Below are positions 10,889 to 22,824 of a DNA stretch of 43,952 nt, piece by piece. Positions within the stretch are counted from its first letter, which is position 1. Every line of letters starts with the position of its first letter. Both the position numbers and the translations under genes were made by a program. The notes under the pieces were generated by a model, which worked only from the letters and a program-made list of their open reading frames with translations, was not told the DNA's origin and made no database searches. Origin of the DNA: Dimargaris cristalligena (taxonomy: Eukaryota); NCBI GenBank assembly GCA_003614675.1, contig ML002311.1, positions 1-43,952 on the forward strand, in the 5' to 3' direction.

Positions 10889-13378
10889 GCTTGGTCCCAT
10901 ACGTACACACTGTTTGAAAGTCCCTGTTGGCCACCCCGTCTAGAGAGTCATACATCTCTCCAGCTGCTCAGTCGTCAATTACATGATCCGGCTGTATTCG
11001 CGCCCCACACTTAAACTTGGGTGCAATATAGAGACAGTATAAGGGGTGATTGCTTGGGTTTCTCACATTTCTCTATTTATTCGGTGCACCACCACCTTTA
11101 TTATACCTGTTATTTGTTTTGGTGCTTGGTTTGTTTTCTGGTATCTATAGTTCCTAAGAAAGCCTAATTGTTCTTATCTGTAAATGCCGGTGTATATATT
11201 TGGGTTTGATTGAAAATGGAAGGTGGAGTTTCTTGAGTAGTACGGCTGTATAGGGAGGCCTCTATTAAGCATGTCGCATCATCTACCGATATGGCCGCCC
11301 TTCCGAATATACAGAGAGCCTCTAAAAGAGATTGGGTTCGCCACAAGCTTAGGTGCTCCGGTAGAGAAGGGGGGGGGGGGTTGTGGAGAATTCCTCCGGA
11401 CTTTCTCTTCTAGGGTTTGTCAAAGGGAGCCAGGGAATTACAGGAAGGTTGGTGTTAGAAGAGGATGAATGAATATGAAGGACAAGGGTTGTTGGTTGAC
11501 GCCACTTATTAAAAAAGTCGGCGCATTAAAAGGGTCAGCTGGTTGCTTTACCGCGTACCTTCTTCTTCATCCACCGCCCCGTCTCCTCCTCCTCCTCCTT
11601 TACCATTTTAAACCATTTTTTGGTTGATTCCGCAAGCCTTCTTCGCTTCCGCCAACTAACTAATTGACTGACTCTATTCTATTATTTTGGTATCCCCGCT
11701 CAGATTGAGAGATATGCCCAGCCATTTCATTTTTGTTCACCCACTCAAAATCCCTTGAGTGTAATGGCAAGATATACTAATTCGGTAAAAAGGATTCCGA
11801 ATAAAATAAAATAGGCGATGGAAATCCGAGATCGTAGTGTATATATCCCTCTTCCTCATTTCCGCCCATCACAACTTCATCATGATCGGTTCGGGAAGAT
11901 GTTCTCTCCTCGTTAATGTAGCACATGTTACCGCTGTTGTTTATCTTTAGGGGTTCAAGCTAACTAAATACCCATATCGGGTGAATAATTTCAATACTTG
12001 AGGGTCATTAACTAAGTATCGTTACATCTAAAATCGCGCTATCCACTGTGGTGGGGTGGCATGTGTCTAATCGTGCTATCCCCCCCCTCCTTTACTTTAG
12101 AGGGCGCCTACCTAATTCGATGGACAATAACGACACCGATCTAATGGGAATACTGGATAGAATAGACCCAACCTATACACTCCCACACACACCCCTCCCC
12201 GTTTTCGTCTTATTTTATCCCGATTCCTACCCTGATATAGCCCGTGTCTACCGTGGCTAAGGATCGGAAAAAAGAGACGGGAGGGGGAGGGACCCGTAAA
12301 TAAGAGGTATTCCGAATTTCCGTCGTCTAGGTGAATTCGTTGAACTATAATGTCGCCAATCCACCCCACATTCAGCCTTCACCATCTCTCTCTCTCTCTT
12401 TCTGATAATATAACGCCCCTTCTGGAATCATGCCTAATTCTAAATGAAGATACGTACGCCAGCCCCGCAGAGGCGGCCCGTGGCTAGGCTAGGCGCGTAT
12501 TACCAAGCCCAGTCGATTTAACTACTTCAACCCAAACCGTTTCCATTTCGTACCCCGCCGCTTGGAAAGGTGGGGAGGGGGGCGTTCCGATGAATGGAGT
12601 GGTGAACCATGAATCGGGAATAATGTGGTTGGTATGCCTCTTCCTCATCGTCGCTGCCCCGGGAGCTATACGCTAAAGATATGATGGATTCCCTGGATAC
12701 CGGTTATCCACCCCATCCCACCTGGCTCAGCTAAACCTTCGCTAATGCCCAGGAATAGCACCTGACAGAGAAAGAAAGGGATAGTCTGGGCTCTAAATTA
12801 CCCCTATCTTCAGGCTAGGGACAAGGTTCACGGTCACGGTCACGGCCACGACCACTCCTCACCCCATTTCTCTTCCCCATTTGCAGCACGGCGGTATGCG
12901 CGAGGCATGCACCAGGGCAGGGACCAGGCGTATAAATAATGCATTACCTTCTCCTCCTTCTCCCTTTTCAATACTAAGAAAGCATTTTTACTTAAACTCC
13001 GCCGCCCATTATTGGCCATCTTCCTATCCATTAGAATTCCCGAACTCCACACATTGTTTGACAGGTCGCTAACCCTCTAAAAAACTAGCTTATTTTTGAC
13101 CTGCCTCCCTTTCCTCCTCGCGATTCATTAAGCCTGCTTCATCCTACTCTCTACCGCCACATTGATACATTATTCACCTTTATATATGGATACATATACA
13201 TATATATATATATATATATATCCAGACATCACCCTACCTTCCCTCACTCTCCTTTACTCAATCAAGTCGTTTTCTTTCATCCATATCTCCTCTTATAGGT
13301 TGGAATTATAGTGTTCCTCCTCTACCTCCCGCTACTCTCCTCCCTCGTCACTTCCACACACACACGCATTATCCTGCC

Positions 13379-14182
13379 ATGTACTGCTTCGACATTTTGG
13401 ACAGCACCGACCAGAGCGTTTACGGATACGTTAGCCAGTAAGTAAACGCAATCCCCCACAACAATGTGAAACAATGAGTGGCGGTGCTTGACTCTATTAT
13501 ACCAGTGCATCTCAGAGTTTGGCGAATTAGACTCCCTCCCCCCCTCCTCCCTTGGCAATTGGTTTTCTGACAGGCGATGACCGAATCGCGCGATTATCAA
13601 TTAAACTCCGTCCCACTTTGGGCTCGGTTCATAAACTCCACTTTCTTCTATATAACCGTGATCTGTCACACTCCCATTCTAGCTTTCTCTCACTTTGGCT
13701 CCCATTACCTCGTCTAGTGGTTTTTAGCTAAAAACTATACGCCATACTCGCCTCTTCTTACTCTCTTTCTCTCTCTCTCTCTCGCTCTTTATAGTGAAAA
13801 CGAGCCCATCAGCAAAGTCAAGGAATATATCCGGAGGGATGTCTCTATACCCGATCAGCGCATTACCTTTTACAACCAGTAAGTGCTACCGACCATTGCC
13901 CCTTGTCAATTTATCTGATTGCTTTCACTACCTCCCTCCCCCTTCGAGCCCTACCCACATGGCATAAAAAGGGACAGGGGCCCAACTCTGATCCCCCCCC
14001 TCCATCCTCCTCCTCTTCACCAGAATATTGGACGGTATTGCTAACCCTTTAGCTATTCTATGAAAAAAATATAATCCCCCTACCGCCTTGTATTATATAT
14101 TAGCGGCCAAGAACTTCCCGATAACTACACCCTCAGCCAATGCAACATCGAAAATTGGTCCGAAATCAAAATGACCTATTAA
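13379..14182 (+). CDS. Small ubiquitin-fold protein, 73 aa, no C-terminal diglycine; exons 13379-13437, 13795-13878, 14104-14182
   Basis: gccATG start and two GTAAGT...TAG introns, both phase 2. The product MYCFDILDSTDQSVYGYVSHENEPISKVKEYIRRDVSIPDQRITFYNHGQELPDNYTLSQCNIENWSEIKMTY* aligns without gaps to ubiquitin residues 23-71, with 15 identities by hand (I23,V26,K27,I30,I36,P37,G47,L50,D52,T55,L56,S57,N60,I61,S65). Confidence 0.8.
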
Positions 14183-14288
14183 CCGTCTTTGGAGAGGGAG
14201 GGATCATGACAACCCCGGCACCCCCCACCCTTGCCTAGCCCATTCCCTTAGTTCAACCCAAACCCTGATACAGCTCAACCAACAGGTC

Positions 14289-14339
14289 CGAATCGAATCG
14301 AATCAAATCAAATCAAATCAAGTCAAATCAAATCAAATC
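14289..14339. repeat. Pentamer microsatellite (GAATC)3(AAATC)n in the putative 3' UTR of the ubiquitin-fold gene
   Basis: cgaatcgaatcgaatcaaatcaaatcaaatcaagtcaaatcaaatcaaatc. Confidence 0.9.
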
Positions 14340-15166
14340 CCATCGACCATCATAGGGCAATTATTTATATATTTATTTTTGCTATAGACCGCGCGGTTCA
14401 GACTCGCGCGACCTTCCTTCGCGCTATTAACAACGACACCGTTACCACAATGATGGCTCAGGCCATACACCCTTTTCCGGCTCATTCGTCAGCCCAATGT
14501 ATTTATAAAAGGGCTAGTTAAATTATACATTGTCTAAAACCCTACCATCCCATACCAAAAGTTTTCCATTGGCCATTCCGTTCCTCTTTAAATATAAGTA
14601 TAAATATATAAATAAAGCTACATCTATTGAGGGAATAATTGGCATTGTATTATTGTATTGATATGGGTGAAGTTCGGCCCAGTTGTATAAGGTTTTAAAT
14701 GATAACTGTATGGGATAATATATGGGAGATTTATTTTTAACCAGTCATATTTGCTTCATCCAACGGATTTTTCGTTATACAGCCCGGTTGAACCTCTCCC
14801 ATATGGTTCTACCATCAATGTAATTTATATATATGTATTGGGGCTACTGAAGTCTTCCGTATATATAAAATTTAATGGAATACGCCTTAAATGATCAATT
14901 ACAAAACCAATTATGGGATAATGAGTATTTTCTTAGTAAAAAACAAAAAGTATGCAAAAAGCCGATTAAACACATTGGGTATTTTGACTATATAAAAAGA
15001 GGGGAAAATGAAAACATTGGACCAAATAATCATAATGAGAAAAGTGATAGGGTGTGTAATATTGCAGCAGCCCATCGACAAGAAGAGATGAGTGTATGTG
15101 TGGGCGTATGGATGTTTAAGGAAAACCGAGTTAGAAAGAAAGGTGCGAATGGAGCCTCCTATGCTT

Positions 15167-18100
15167 CTACTGACTTTTCACCTGGAACAGCTGAATGTTC
15201 GTTCCATTCCACAGGCCCAACGGAGCCGTTCCGGCCACATAGATCTGACTCCACAGTAACCCGCGGTACCACGCGGACAATGGTTTCGACCAACGGAGGT
15301 GCCGAATCGCAATGGGGGGTGCGGCCCCATTAGTGGCGGCATCCAGATCCCGCGGTAACCGCTGGTGGAATTCGTTGGAACGGAGCAGGACCAGGACTTG
15401 CGTATCGGATTGGAGGGGGTTTTGGGCGAGATGGTCCTGGACGTAAGGTACGGTAGCGTCCAGGAGAATGAGGATGCCGCGGAGGGGAAGTTTGGGGTAC
15501 CAGGAATTGAACCATTCCAAAGTGGGGTAGAAATCTAGACCCGTGACGGGACTGCCGCCGCCGTTGGACGGTCGGCCCGACACCACACTAGTAGGGGAGC
15601 CGGGCTGACTACGTGGGGTCGGTGACGCCTCGGGTAGTTTGCCCCGCGCTTTATCCGACATACCGGCCAAAACCCGCTGTTCCCGGGCTTTTTGGACGTC
15701 TTCCCATTCGACTAAGGCTGTCGCAAAATCGAGTTGGGCCAGTTTGCGGACCGTATCGTTCGTACGGATCAGGGCGTACAAGAACTGCATATTGGACGAC
15801 ATTTGGTAATAGATCACGTAATTGATGATTTCCAGTACATACAAAAGGGAACGGTAGTTGCTTTCATTGGCCAGGAGTACCGTTGGGCTGGAGTAGATGG
15901 TCAAGAGACGCATGAGTTTATCGCTAGCAAAGGGTGTCAGACCCTTGAGGTAGGGCGCGATATTCCGGAGCACCATCAGCATGGTGGGATGCAGGGCGGC
16001 GTGGATTGTCTTGGTGGTGGTTATGAGGGTGTAGAAGGTATAGATCAGCCAATCGGCGTGGCTGATTTGGTTGGCCGGGATACGCATGGCAGTGGGTAAG
16101 ATGGCCTGGTCAAAGTTGCCATTTAACCGTTCGCCGAACCGCGGTTCCTCGGAGAAAATGTGGAGCAAAAAGACGGCCATTCGGACCTGGCCGATATAAA
16201 GGGGATCCGCCTTGTTGTCCCAGGAAAAGAACGAAACGGCAACAATGACCGACATGAATTCCTCGCTCTCGATTAAGAATGTGCTGAATTTCTATATTCC
16301 CCAATAGAGTAAAGCCCCGATCGAGATAACCATAGGAATGGGAATGCAAATGTTGATACAATACAATAATAATAGTAATTCTAATTATAAACGGTTAGGC
16401 TCTGATGGGGTTGGGTGGGCTACATGGGAAAATCTAAGATAGTCCCGATCCAGTCACACGGGGGGTAGCGGGCATTAAGCCCCATTATAGGGTATATTTC
16501 CACATTGATCCGCCTCAAAATGAACCCCTATAATTCATCTATGCAACCCAGTGTCTAGAATTACGATAATGGTACAGCCCCACACTTACCAGATTCACTT
16601 GAAGAAGAGTCCAAAGCAGCATCATAGTCTCCTGACAAATGTTATGCTGCGTACGACTGCCCATTTGGAAATAGGATGCCCTTGACCGGACCAGCAGGGT
16701 GAGGATGCGACTGATGTTGCTGGATAAAAAAGCGAAATCCCCTTGGCGGTGGAGCCGAGCCACGTAGCCATGGAACAGATTGAGGGACCGGTTCGAGGCT
16801 GGCGTCGTACCGTCCGCAGCGGGTTGGTCCTCGATGGAATGAGGACGGGGATGGGGTGACCCGTTTCCACTTATCCCTGGCTTCCCATTCTCTTCCCCAC
16901 CCACGGACTCCCCGTCAGCGGCGGTGGTGCTGATGGTGGATGCATTCTTAGCAGCGTTTAATAAGACCAACAGGGTCTGTATGCAGTACACGGCGAGTAG
17001 GTCATGAGGGTCGTGGGCGGGTTTCATTTTATAGGGAATGCCCCACCCGGCGGATTTGAACTTAAGGGCGGTATTGATGAGACTACAGAGTAAAGTAAGC
17101 ACCACTTTTTTGTCGGGGAGAAAGGCCAGGTAGTCCAAGGCACGGTTCGGTTGCGTTAGGATGGTACTGCCGGGGGTGTACATGGATTCGGAGAGTAGGC
17201 ACAGTAGAAGGCGCATGACTTCCAGTCGGTGGAAGACAAACTCTTTACTCGTAGCCACCAGTTGGGTCTGCCCGATGCCCGATTCCCAGATACAGTAGTT
17301 GATTTGCGCTTGTTGGGCGGCATCCTCCGATTTAGGAACGGTGAAGTCCGAAAGGAACAGCAAGTCTAGCACGGTCGACACTAGTCGCTCACCGAAGCAC
17401 CGGGACCCCTGTAGTATGACAGTTGGTGATAATATAAAAAAAAATAGGGGGGAGGGGAACTCAGTAGGGGATTCGAAACGAAAGCAGTGGCATATGGCGG
17501 TAAATACTATAGATAATGTGGGGGGGGTAGGCTATCCTAAAAATAATCCCGCTAATGGATCCGTTGCACTTACCTTTTTATGAGTCGACCAGAATAGACT
17601 GGCGGCCAATACCGCTTCATCCCCCGGAGCCCCGGTCTTTTCGTAGACAAAGGGGATAAGACGGGTCAACAAACGGATGCAATTGAGCAACTGCTTAGTA
17701 ATGGCCTGGAGGGCCTGGGGCGACGTGGGGGGTTGGGAGGTATCAGTGGAGGGGGTAAAAATGGGGGAGGATTTGATTTGGACGATTCTCTCGTAGAGCT
17801 TCGTGAATAGAGTAGCGAAATTCTCGGGGGCCTGGTCGCGGATTCGGCGGAGATCCTGGGCCGTGAAGAGGGAGAAGATATCGTCGGCGCTCTCGGGAAC
17901 GGACCATAGCTATATTAGGCGACCAGTGGTTTGAGGCAGGGGTGGATGCGTTAGAAATAGTGGAAGGGGCGGAGATTCAGCAGTATAATTCAGTATAGGA
18001 AAACAGTTATAAGAAGCCCTCGGATACTAAGCAATGGTATTTACGTTGAGTATAGGCGGTGTAACGAGTTAACACTTACACTCGACCAGTATTCGTCGTT

Positions 18101-18435
18101 TTCGTTTAAATTCTAGTATAGTAGAAGTACAGGCGGTAAAAGAGGCATGCGTGGGTTAGGGGGGATATATTCGACCAGGATATTGGCGGCGGTGAAATTT
18201 TGGAAGTCAGCCCGCTTATGGGCCGGGCGAGCAAACAGATTTTGTAAGGCAGAGAAGGTAGGTAGGTAAGTAGGGAGGGAGGGGGCCCTCCTCCTACATG
18301 GCAATTGGCCAATAGCCTGGAATGTGACTGGTCGAAAGTGAAACTACTGGAGGAAGGGGTCAGTCAGCTTACCCGTTCTTTAGCTAGTCGGAATATGCCC
18401 GTCCGCAAGGCGATTTTGCTGTCGGTTGCGCCCAT
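15167..18435 (-). CDS. HID1: HID1 / Ecm30 family Golgi peripheral membrane protein, ~791 aa, 5 exons: 18435-18373, 18112-18080, 17909-17574, 17408-16590, 16291-15167
   Basis: The N-terminus MGATDSKIALRTGIFRL has the myristoylation-type MG start typical of HID1. Other motifs are ESADDIFSLFTAQDLRRIRDQAPENF, LLNCIRLLTRLIPFVYE, CIWESGIG, EPRFGERLN and the C-terminal GLWNGTNIQLFQV. All introns are phase-0 GTAAG..AG. Confidence 0.92.
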
Positions 18436-19472
18436 CGTTGCTTACAAGGGGGGGAGGTCGGAAGGCAATGTATATATGTCTATGGAGGTTGGTATTGAGG
18501 AAGTACCAATAGGGGGGTTGGAATGCGCGGGCTATGCACCCTTAGCCGGGAGATGAACGAAGGGGGGATGGCGCGGGCGGATGGGGTAGGTAAATGGGGA
18601 AAAGGCCGGGGGAAAGAGGTGGGAGAATGTGAATAGCCGAAAACTAGAAGTAACTGGGTAAGAAAAAGGGAGATAAGGGTAATGGTTGCATAGAATGCAT
18701 GAATGGAACCTTGACGGGGCAAAGAAACAAGCACTGACCAGTACAGGGATATAGACTCAAGCTACTATATGTGTATATATGTATATTATATAAATATATG
18801 CCACGAACAAGGGAGCGGGGCTGCGATATAGAGTAGACCCTATATAATAAGCTAGCAGTGGGGGGTATGGCCTCACCGAGTAAAAATAGCCAAGCACGCT
18901 CTTCTCTCTCTCACCAACCCTGCCAGGAAGATTCCCCATGGTATTCAGAACTCACCCCGGCTGCGGACTTGTAGACTGGGGGGATTCCCGCTATTGTTTG
19001 ATTCCAAGACCTGTGTCCCATTCATTACTGCCTTCCTTCTTTGCCAATACACCGGCTTCGTTCTACCCATTAACAGCTATAGGCGGGCACCATGGACTTA
19101 CTCCCACTACAACATAGCAAGTATATATCACATTACTCCCTGGCTATGAGTCCCGTCCTACTTCCCCAATTCATCAATAGTTTGAAATGGCATCTTCTGG
19201 ACAGTTGATTACGAAAGCCATCCTATTAACTGATTATCAGCCGAATCCTAAAGCAACCGTCTATAGCCCACTTTAAGTTTGCCTATAAAATAATCTAAAA
19301 TGACGAGGGTTTTACTAGAATGAACGAGAAATAAAATAGAGAGAGAGAGAGTAGGAGGAACAGGCCATAGAAAGGTAGCTGACTTTAAATATATCGCAAA
19401 AGTCGACCTCACAACCGCGACATTTTTAATAATAACAAGAAAATGCCGCCGATTGGCACGCTGGAGTCGGGT

Positions 19473-20267
19473 CTATTTGTAAGACCGACCCTTACCGGTG
19501 TAAAATTCGTAGGCCAAGGCATGGACATCGGGAGCAAAGGGCGAGGGCAATTCGGTGCGTCCGGGACGGGTCAGGGGATCGCGCAAAAAGACGGTGGAGC
19601 ACGTATTGTAGTTCACTTCGAGGTAATCGGGGATAAACATCCAGGGCTGCATAAACGGACGTTCCTTGAACTTAAACTCGCCCTCCTTGGCGGTCTTTTC
19701 GAGCGTACACACGGCGGCGGGATTCACCTGGATCACATCGCCGTCCGCGGCGGTATAGCTCGGCAGATCCACCTTGCGGCCGTTAACGGTGACTTTACCG
19801 TGCCGCACCATTTGGCGGGCCATGTAGATGCTGGACGCAAAGTGGCTGCGGAACACGATAAAGTCGAGCCGGCGTTCCATGGGGCTGAACATTAAGGAGG
19901 CGGCCTGGGGGTGTTGCCGGTGGGCTACTTCCGCTTCGGTCGCTGCAATTTGACTCGCCGACAGGTCCGCGCCCAACGCTGAAGGGTTGTTGGCACCGCG
20001 GTTGAGTTTGGCGCGGCTGGCCGACAATAATTGGATATTGAGGGTGGGGAGCCGGGGCTTGAACATGCTCAACCAGGACCGTTCGGTGGTGTGCGAATCG
20101 TGGTAGGCGCGGGTTTCCCGTTTGGCTACCCATTGCTGCTGGTACACCGTCTTGCGGGTGCCGTCGAAAAGGCGACGGTTCTTGGTGGAGAGATTGTAAA
20201 GATTGGTCTTGTTCCACGACAGACGGACGAGACCGCGCAGCGTACTGTAGACCTTGGACCGGCGCAT
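19473..20267 (-). CDS. NAM9: Mitochondrial small ribosomal subunit protein uS4m (Nam9), 264 aa
   Basis: Uninterrupted ORF. It has the Nam9-like N-terminus (RGLVRLSWNKTNLYNL, KTVYQQQWVAKRETRAYH), the S4 domain MERRLDFIVFRSHFASSIYMARQMVRHGKVTVNG...GDVIQV, and the C-terminal FIPDYLEVNYNTCSTVFLRDPLTRPGRTELPSPF. Confidence 0.93.
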   Translation of the reverse strand: MRRSKVYSTLRGLVRLSWNKTNLYNLSTKNRRLFDGTRKTVYQQQWVAKRETRAYHDSHTTERSWLSMFKPRLPTLNIQLLSASRAKLNRGANNPSALGADLSASQIAATEAEVAHRQHPQAASLMFSPMERRLDFIVFRSHFASSIYMARQMVRHGKVTVNGRKVDLPSYTAADGDVIQVNPAAVCTLEKTAKEGEFKFKERPFMQPWMFIPDYLEVNYNTCSTVFLRDPLTRPGRTELPSPFAPDVHALAYEFYTGKGRSYK

Positions 20268-20711
20268 GCTGAAAATAAGGCAATTAAGGGACGAGGAGGG
20301 GCTTAATTAAGAAAAATAGAACCGACCTGGATAATTCTAGACGATCGGGAAAAGCAGCGGGGCTGGCAAACGGAAATGGTAACGGGTCCCGTTGTTAGAA
20401 TTCAACCGTAGAGCAAAGTGTGTAGAGGCCCCATGGGATCATACAGACCAGCAAGGAGGGGGAGGTGGTTGATCGGTGGTTGGAATCTCTAGATCCAGTC
20501 GGACTATGGCTTTCTTGGGTGGTCTCTAGTCCTGATCTCCACAGCTGCTGATACAATAATAGCCGAGCAGTTGAGTCTTTCGCCTATGGACTTGCTACGG
20601 TTGCTACTAGTGGCAGGTCTATTTAGAACCAGATGGTCAATAATCCCTCGCTATCCATCTATACCTACACTGTATAGCCAGCGACCTTAATAAGTTTCTA
20701 GGTTTAGGTCT

Positions 20712-21085
20712 ATCACGTGACTAAGTAGACTTCCCAATCTATTAACCTTGAGTTGGGGTAATGTGCTCCTTCGAGATGTTGGTGGAGCGCTAGCAATTAT
20801 CCCCTAATTATCGCTTGACGCACTACCGCCATTTACCCTGGTAGATGATATATTGGAAAGCCTTCATTTTGGAGAATGTGGATTCAAGCATAGACCAAAT
20901 AATACTGAGTTGATTTAGCAGTCAATAAATAGGTCATACCAGTGGTTAATGGCGCGGTTTAGGCCTAGGGATACCACCACCGCTCCGCCCCACTTAAACA
21001 CAGGCCGAGTGGGTGGGGATGGGCTCGCCTTTTTTGTCACGTGATTATTAGGCATTAAGGCCCGCTGCATTCCCAATCAGCCAAT
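20712..21085. promoter_or_regulatory. Candidate bidirectional promoter elements between NAM9 and ATP5: two RTCACGTGAY E-boxes (20712-20721, 21036-21045) and CCAAT boxes (20734, 21073, 21081)
   Basis: ATCACGTGAC and GTCACGTGAT are exact reverse complements and match the Cbf1-type bHLH consensus. CCAATCA matches the HAP/CBC consensus. Confidence 0.45.
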
Positions 21086-21531
21086 ATATAGGGGGGAAAG
21101 CAGAGACGACACTTCTGCCCCAACAGCCACAGTGAGGGGGGGGAGAGACTATTAGTATTAGTCTAAGGCTGGTGGGGAATTGTAGATAACTCCTCCACAC
21201 GCGAGTGCCCTCCTACAAGGATGACCACCAGCCAGGGTGGAGGTGAGCTGGTAAGAAGCACAGGCAGGGAGAGGAGTCTGCTGTGGTGGTGGTGGGACTA
21301 CGTTAACCATACCACCACTGCTCCACATCCCCCCATTCCACTCGACTTGATTCAAGGTCGATCTACCCACCACACCTCTCGTTTCTAGCCTGTGCCCGAG
21401 ATTCCAGCCCGTTGATTGTTGCTTGGATTCCTTTCTGACTTACTCTTCCTTATTATCTTTTCTTATTTAAATAACCTACCACCGGGTGCTTATTCCTTTT
21501 CTCCCCCGTTTTAACCGCCCCACACACCACC

Positions 21532-22824
21532 ATGTCGTCCACTCGTGCCACCGCCAGTTTCGCCCAGCAGGTAGGCCCCGAAGCCCCCCAACGGGCCTTT
21601 GTAGTTTTATCCGCCCGAATCTCGACAATCCTGAATCATCGGCCAATACAGCCAAGCTACTGTACCTGCTCTAAACCATAGACAATGGGGTAGTGATCGG
21701 GCTTCTGGAAATAGCGAAAGACCCCGCTTGCCCTTGGGCCACATTAGTTCTAACCCCCCCCCCTTACACACATTGTTCTTGTTTTATCAACTAAACTCCC
21801 TACCATGTCGTTTATCATGCATTCAGCTCACCCGGGGCTATGCTACCGCCACCAAGTCCATTCAGGTAAGTCCCACCTCTTTTTGACTCGTTTCCTGAAC
21901 ACCGAATTACTCCCTACCTGCGATGAGGGTTCCTCGATGAACCCCTATGAACCTAAATACATTATAGAGTTGTTCAAACCCCCACCCTTTTCCCCCTCCT
22001 TAACTCTTTCCATCACTCCCCCCCCTCCACTATAAAATCACAATGACCGTAGGTCCCCCTGGCCCTTCACGGCATCGAAGGCCGTTACGCCACCGCTCTG
22101 TACACCGCCGCTGCCAAGAAGAATGTCCTGCCCCAGGTGGAGGCCGACCTGACCAAGCTGATGTCCACCATTGAAAAGGACGCCAAGCTGCGCCAGTTTT
22201 TGGAAAACCCCATTTTGGGCAAGCGCATCAAGAAGGAGGGTCTGCAGTCCCTGGCCAAGGCCCAGAACTACAACGCCGTGACCACCAACTTTTTGGACGT
22301 GCTGGCCGAGAACTCCCGCATGGCCGAGGCCAGCAAGGTCATTGGCGCCTACAACAGCCTCATGGCCGCCCACCGTGGCGAGGTTCAGGTGACCGTCACT
22401 TCCAGCAAGGCCCTCTCCGCTAACCAGCTGAACAAGCTCAAGACGAGCCTGACCAAGGGTAACCTGGTGCCCGACGCCAAGAGCCTGACCGTGAACAACA
22501 AGGTCAACCCGTCCATCGTCGGTGGCCTCATCATCGAATTCGGTGACAAGACCATCGATATGTCCCTGGCCTCCCGCTTGGCCAAGCTTGACAAGCTGCT
22601 GACTGGTAAGTAATAGCTGTTTCTCATTGGGAGTGCTTTGTAATTATATATTACTGCTACCGGTGAATATATATATATATATCCCGTAGTACTATAAGTT
22701 TCTTCGAGGGCTGGCCTTGAAATCCAGCGGATAATACCATGGCATGATGATGTCTAACTCGATACTTACCTTGCACTGCTATTCGATTTATTGCATGTCC
22801 CCTATCGGAACAGACTCCATCTAA
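21532..22824 (+). CDS. ATP5: Mitochondrial F1Fo ATP synthase subunit 5 (OSCP), ~213 aa, exons 21532-21570, 21827-21865, 22053-22605, 22814-22824
   Basis: Presequence MSSTRATASFAQQLTRGYAT, then VPLALHGIEGRYATALYTAAAK, NFLDVLAENSR, AAHRGEVQVTVTSS and VNPSIVGGLIIEFGDKTIDMSLASRLAKLDKLLTDSI*. Codons are strongly C/G-ending and the introns are canonical. Confidence 0.96.

Noticed and set aside
14289-14339. Short tandem repeats (also 7826-7897) considered as CRISPR-like or telomeric arrays
   Set aside because: Simple microsatellites with no unique spacers; eukaryotic context and internal position.
14875-15333. 152-aa plus-strand ORF overlapping the HID1 3' end
   Set aside because: AT-rich sequence antisense to the HID1 3' UTR and last exon, with no family features.
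19443-22627. Antisense ORFs over NAM9 (19443-19895 +) and ATP5 (22038-22373 -, 22385-22627 -)
   Set aside because: Expected by-product of strong C/G-ending codon bias in highly expressed genes.
22744-22775. Box C-like ATGATGA and U1-5'-end-like ATACTTACCT in ATP5 intron 3
   Set aside because: No downstream box D (CTGA) within the intron and no U1 stem-loops or Sm site; short chance matches.
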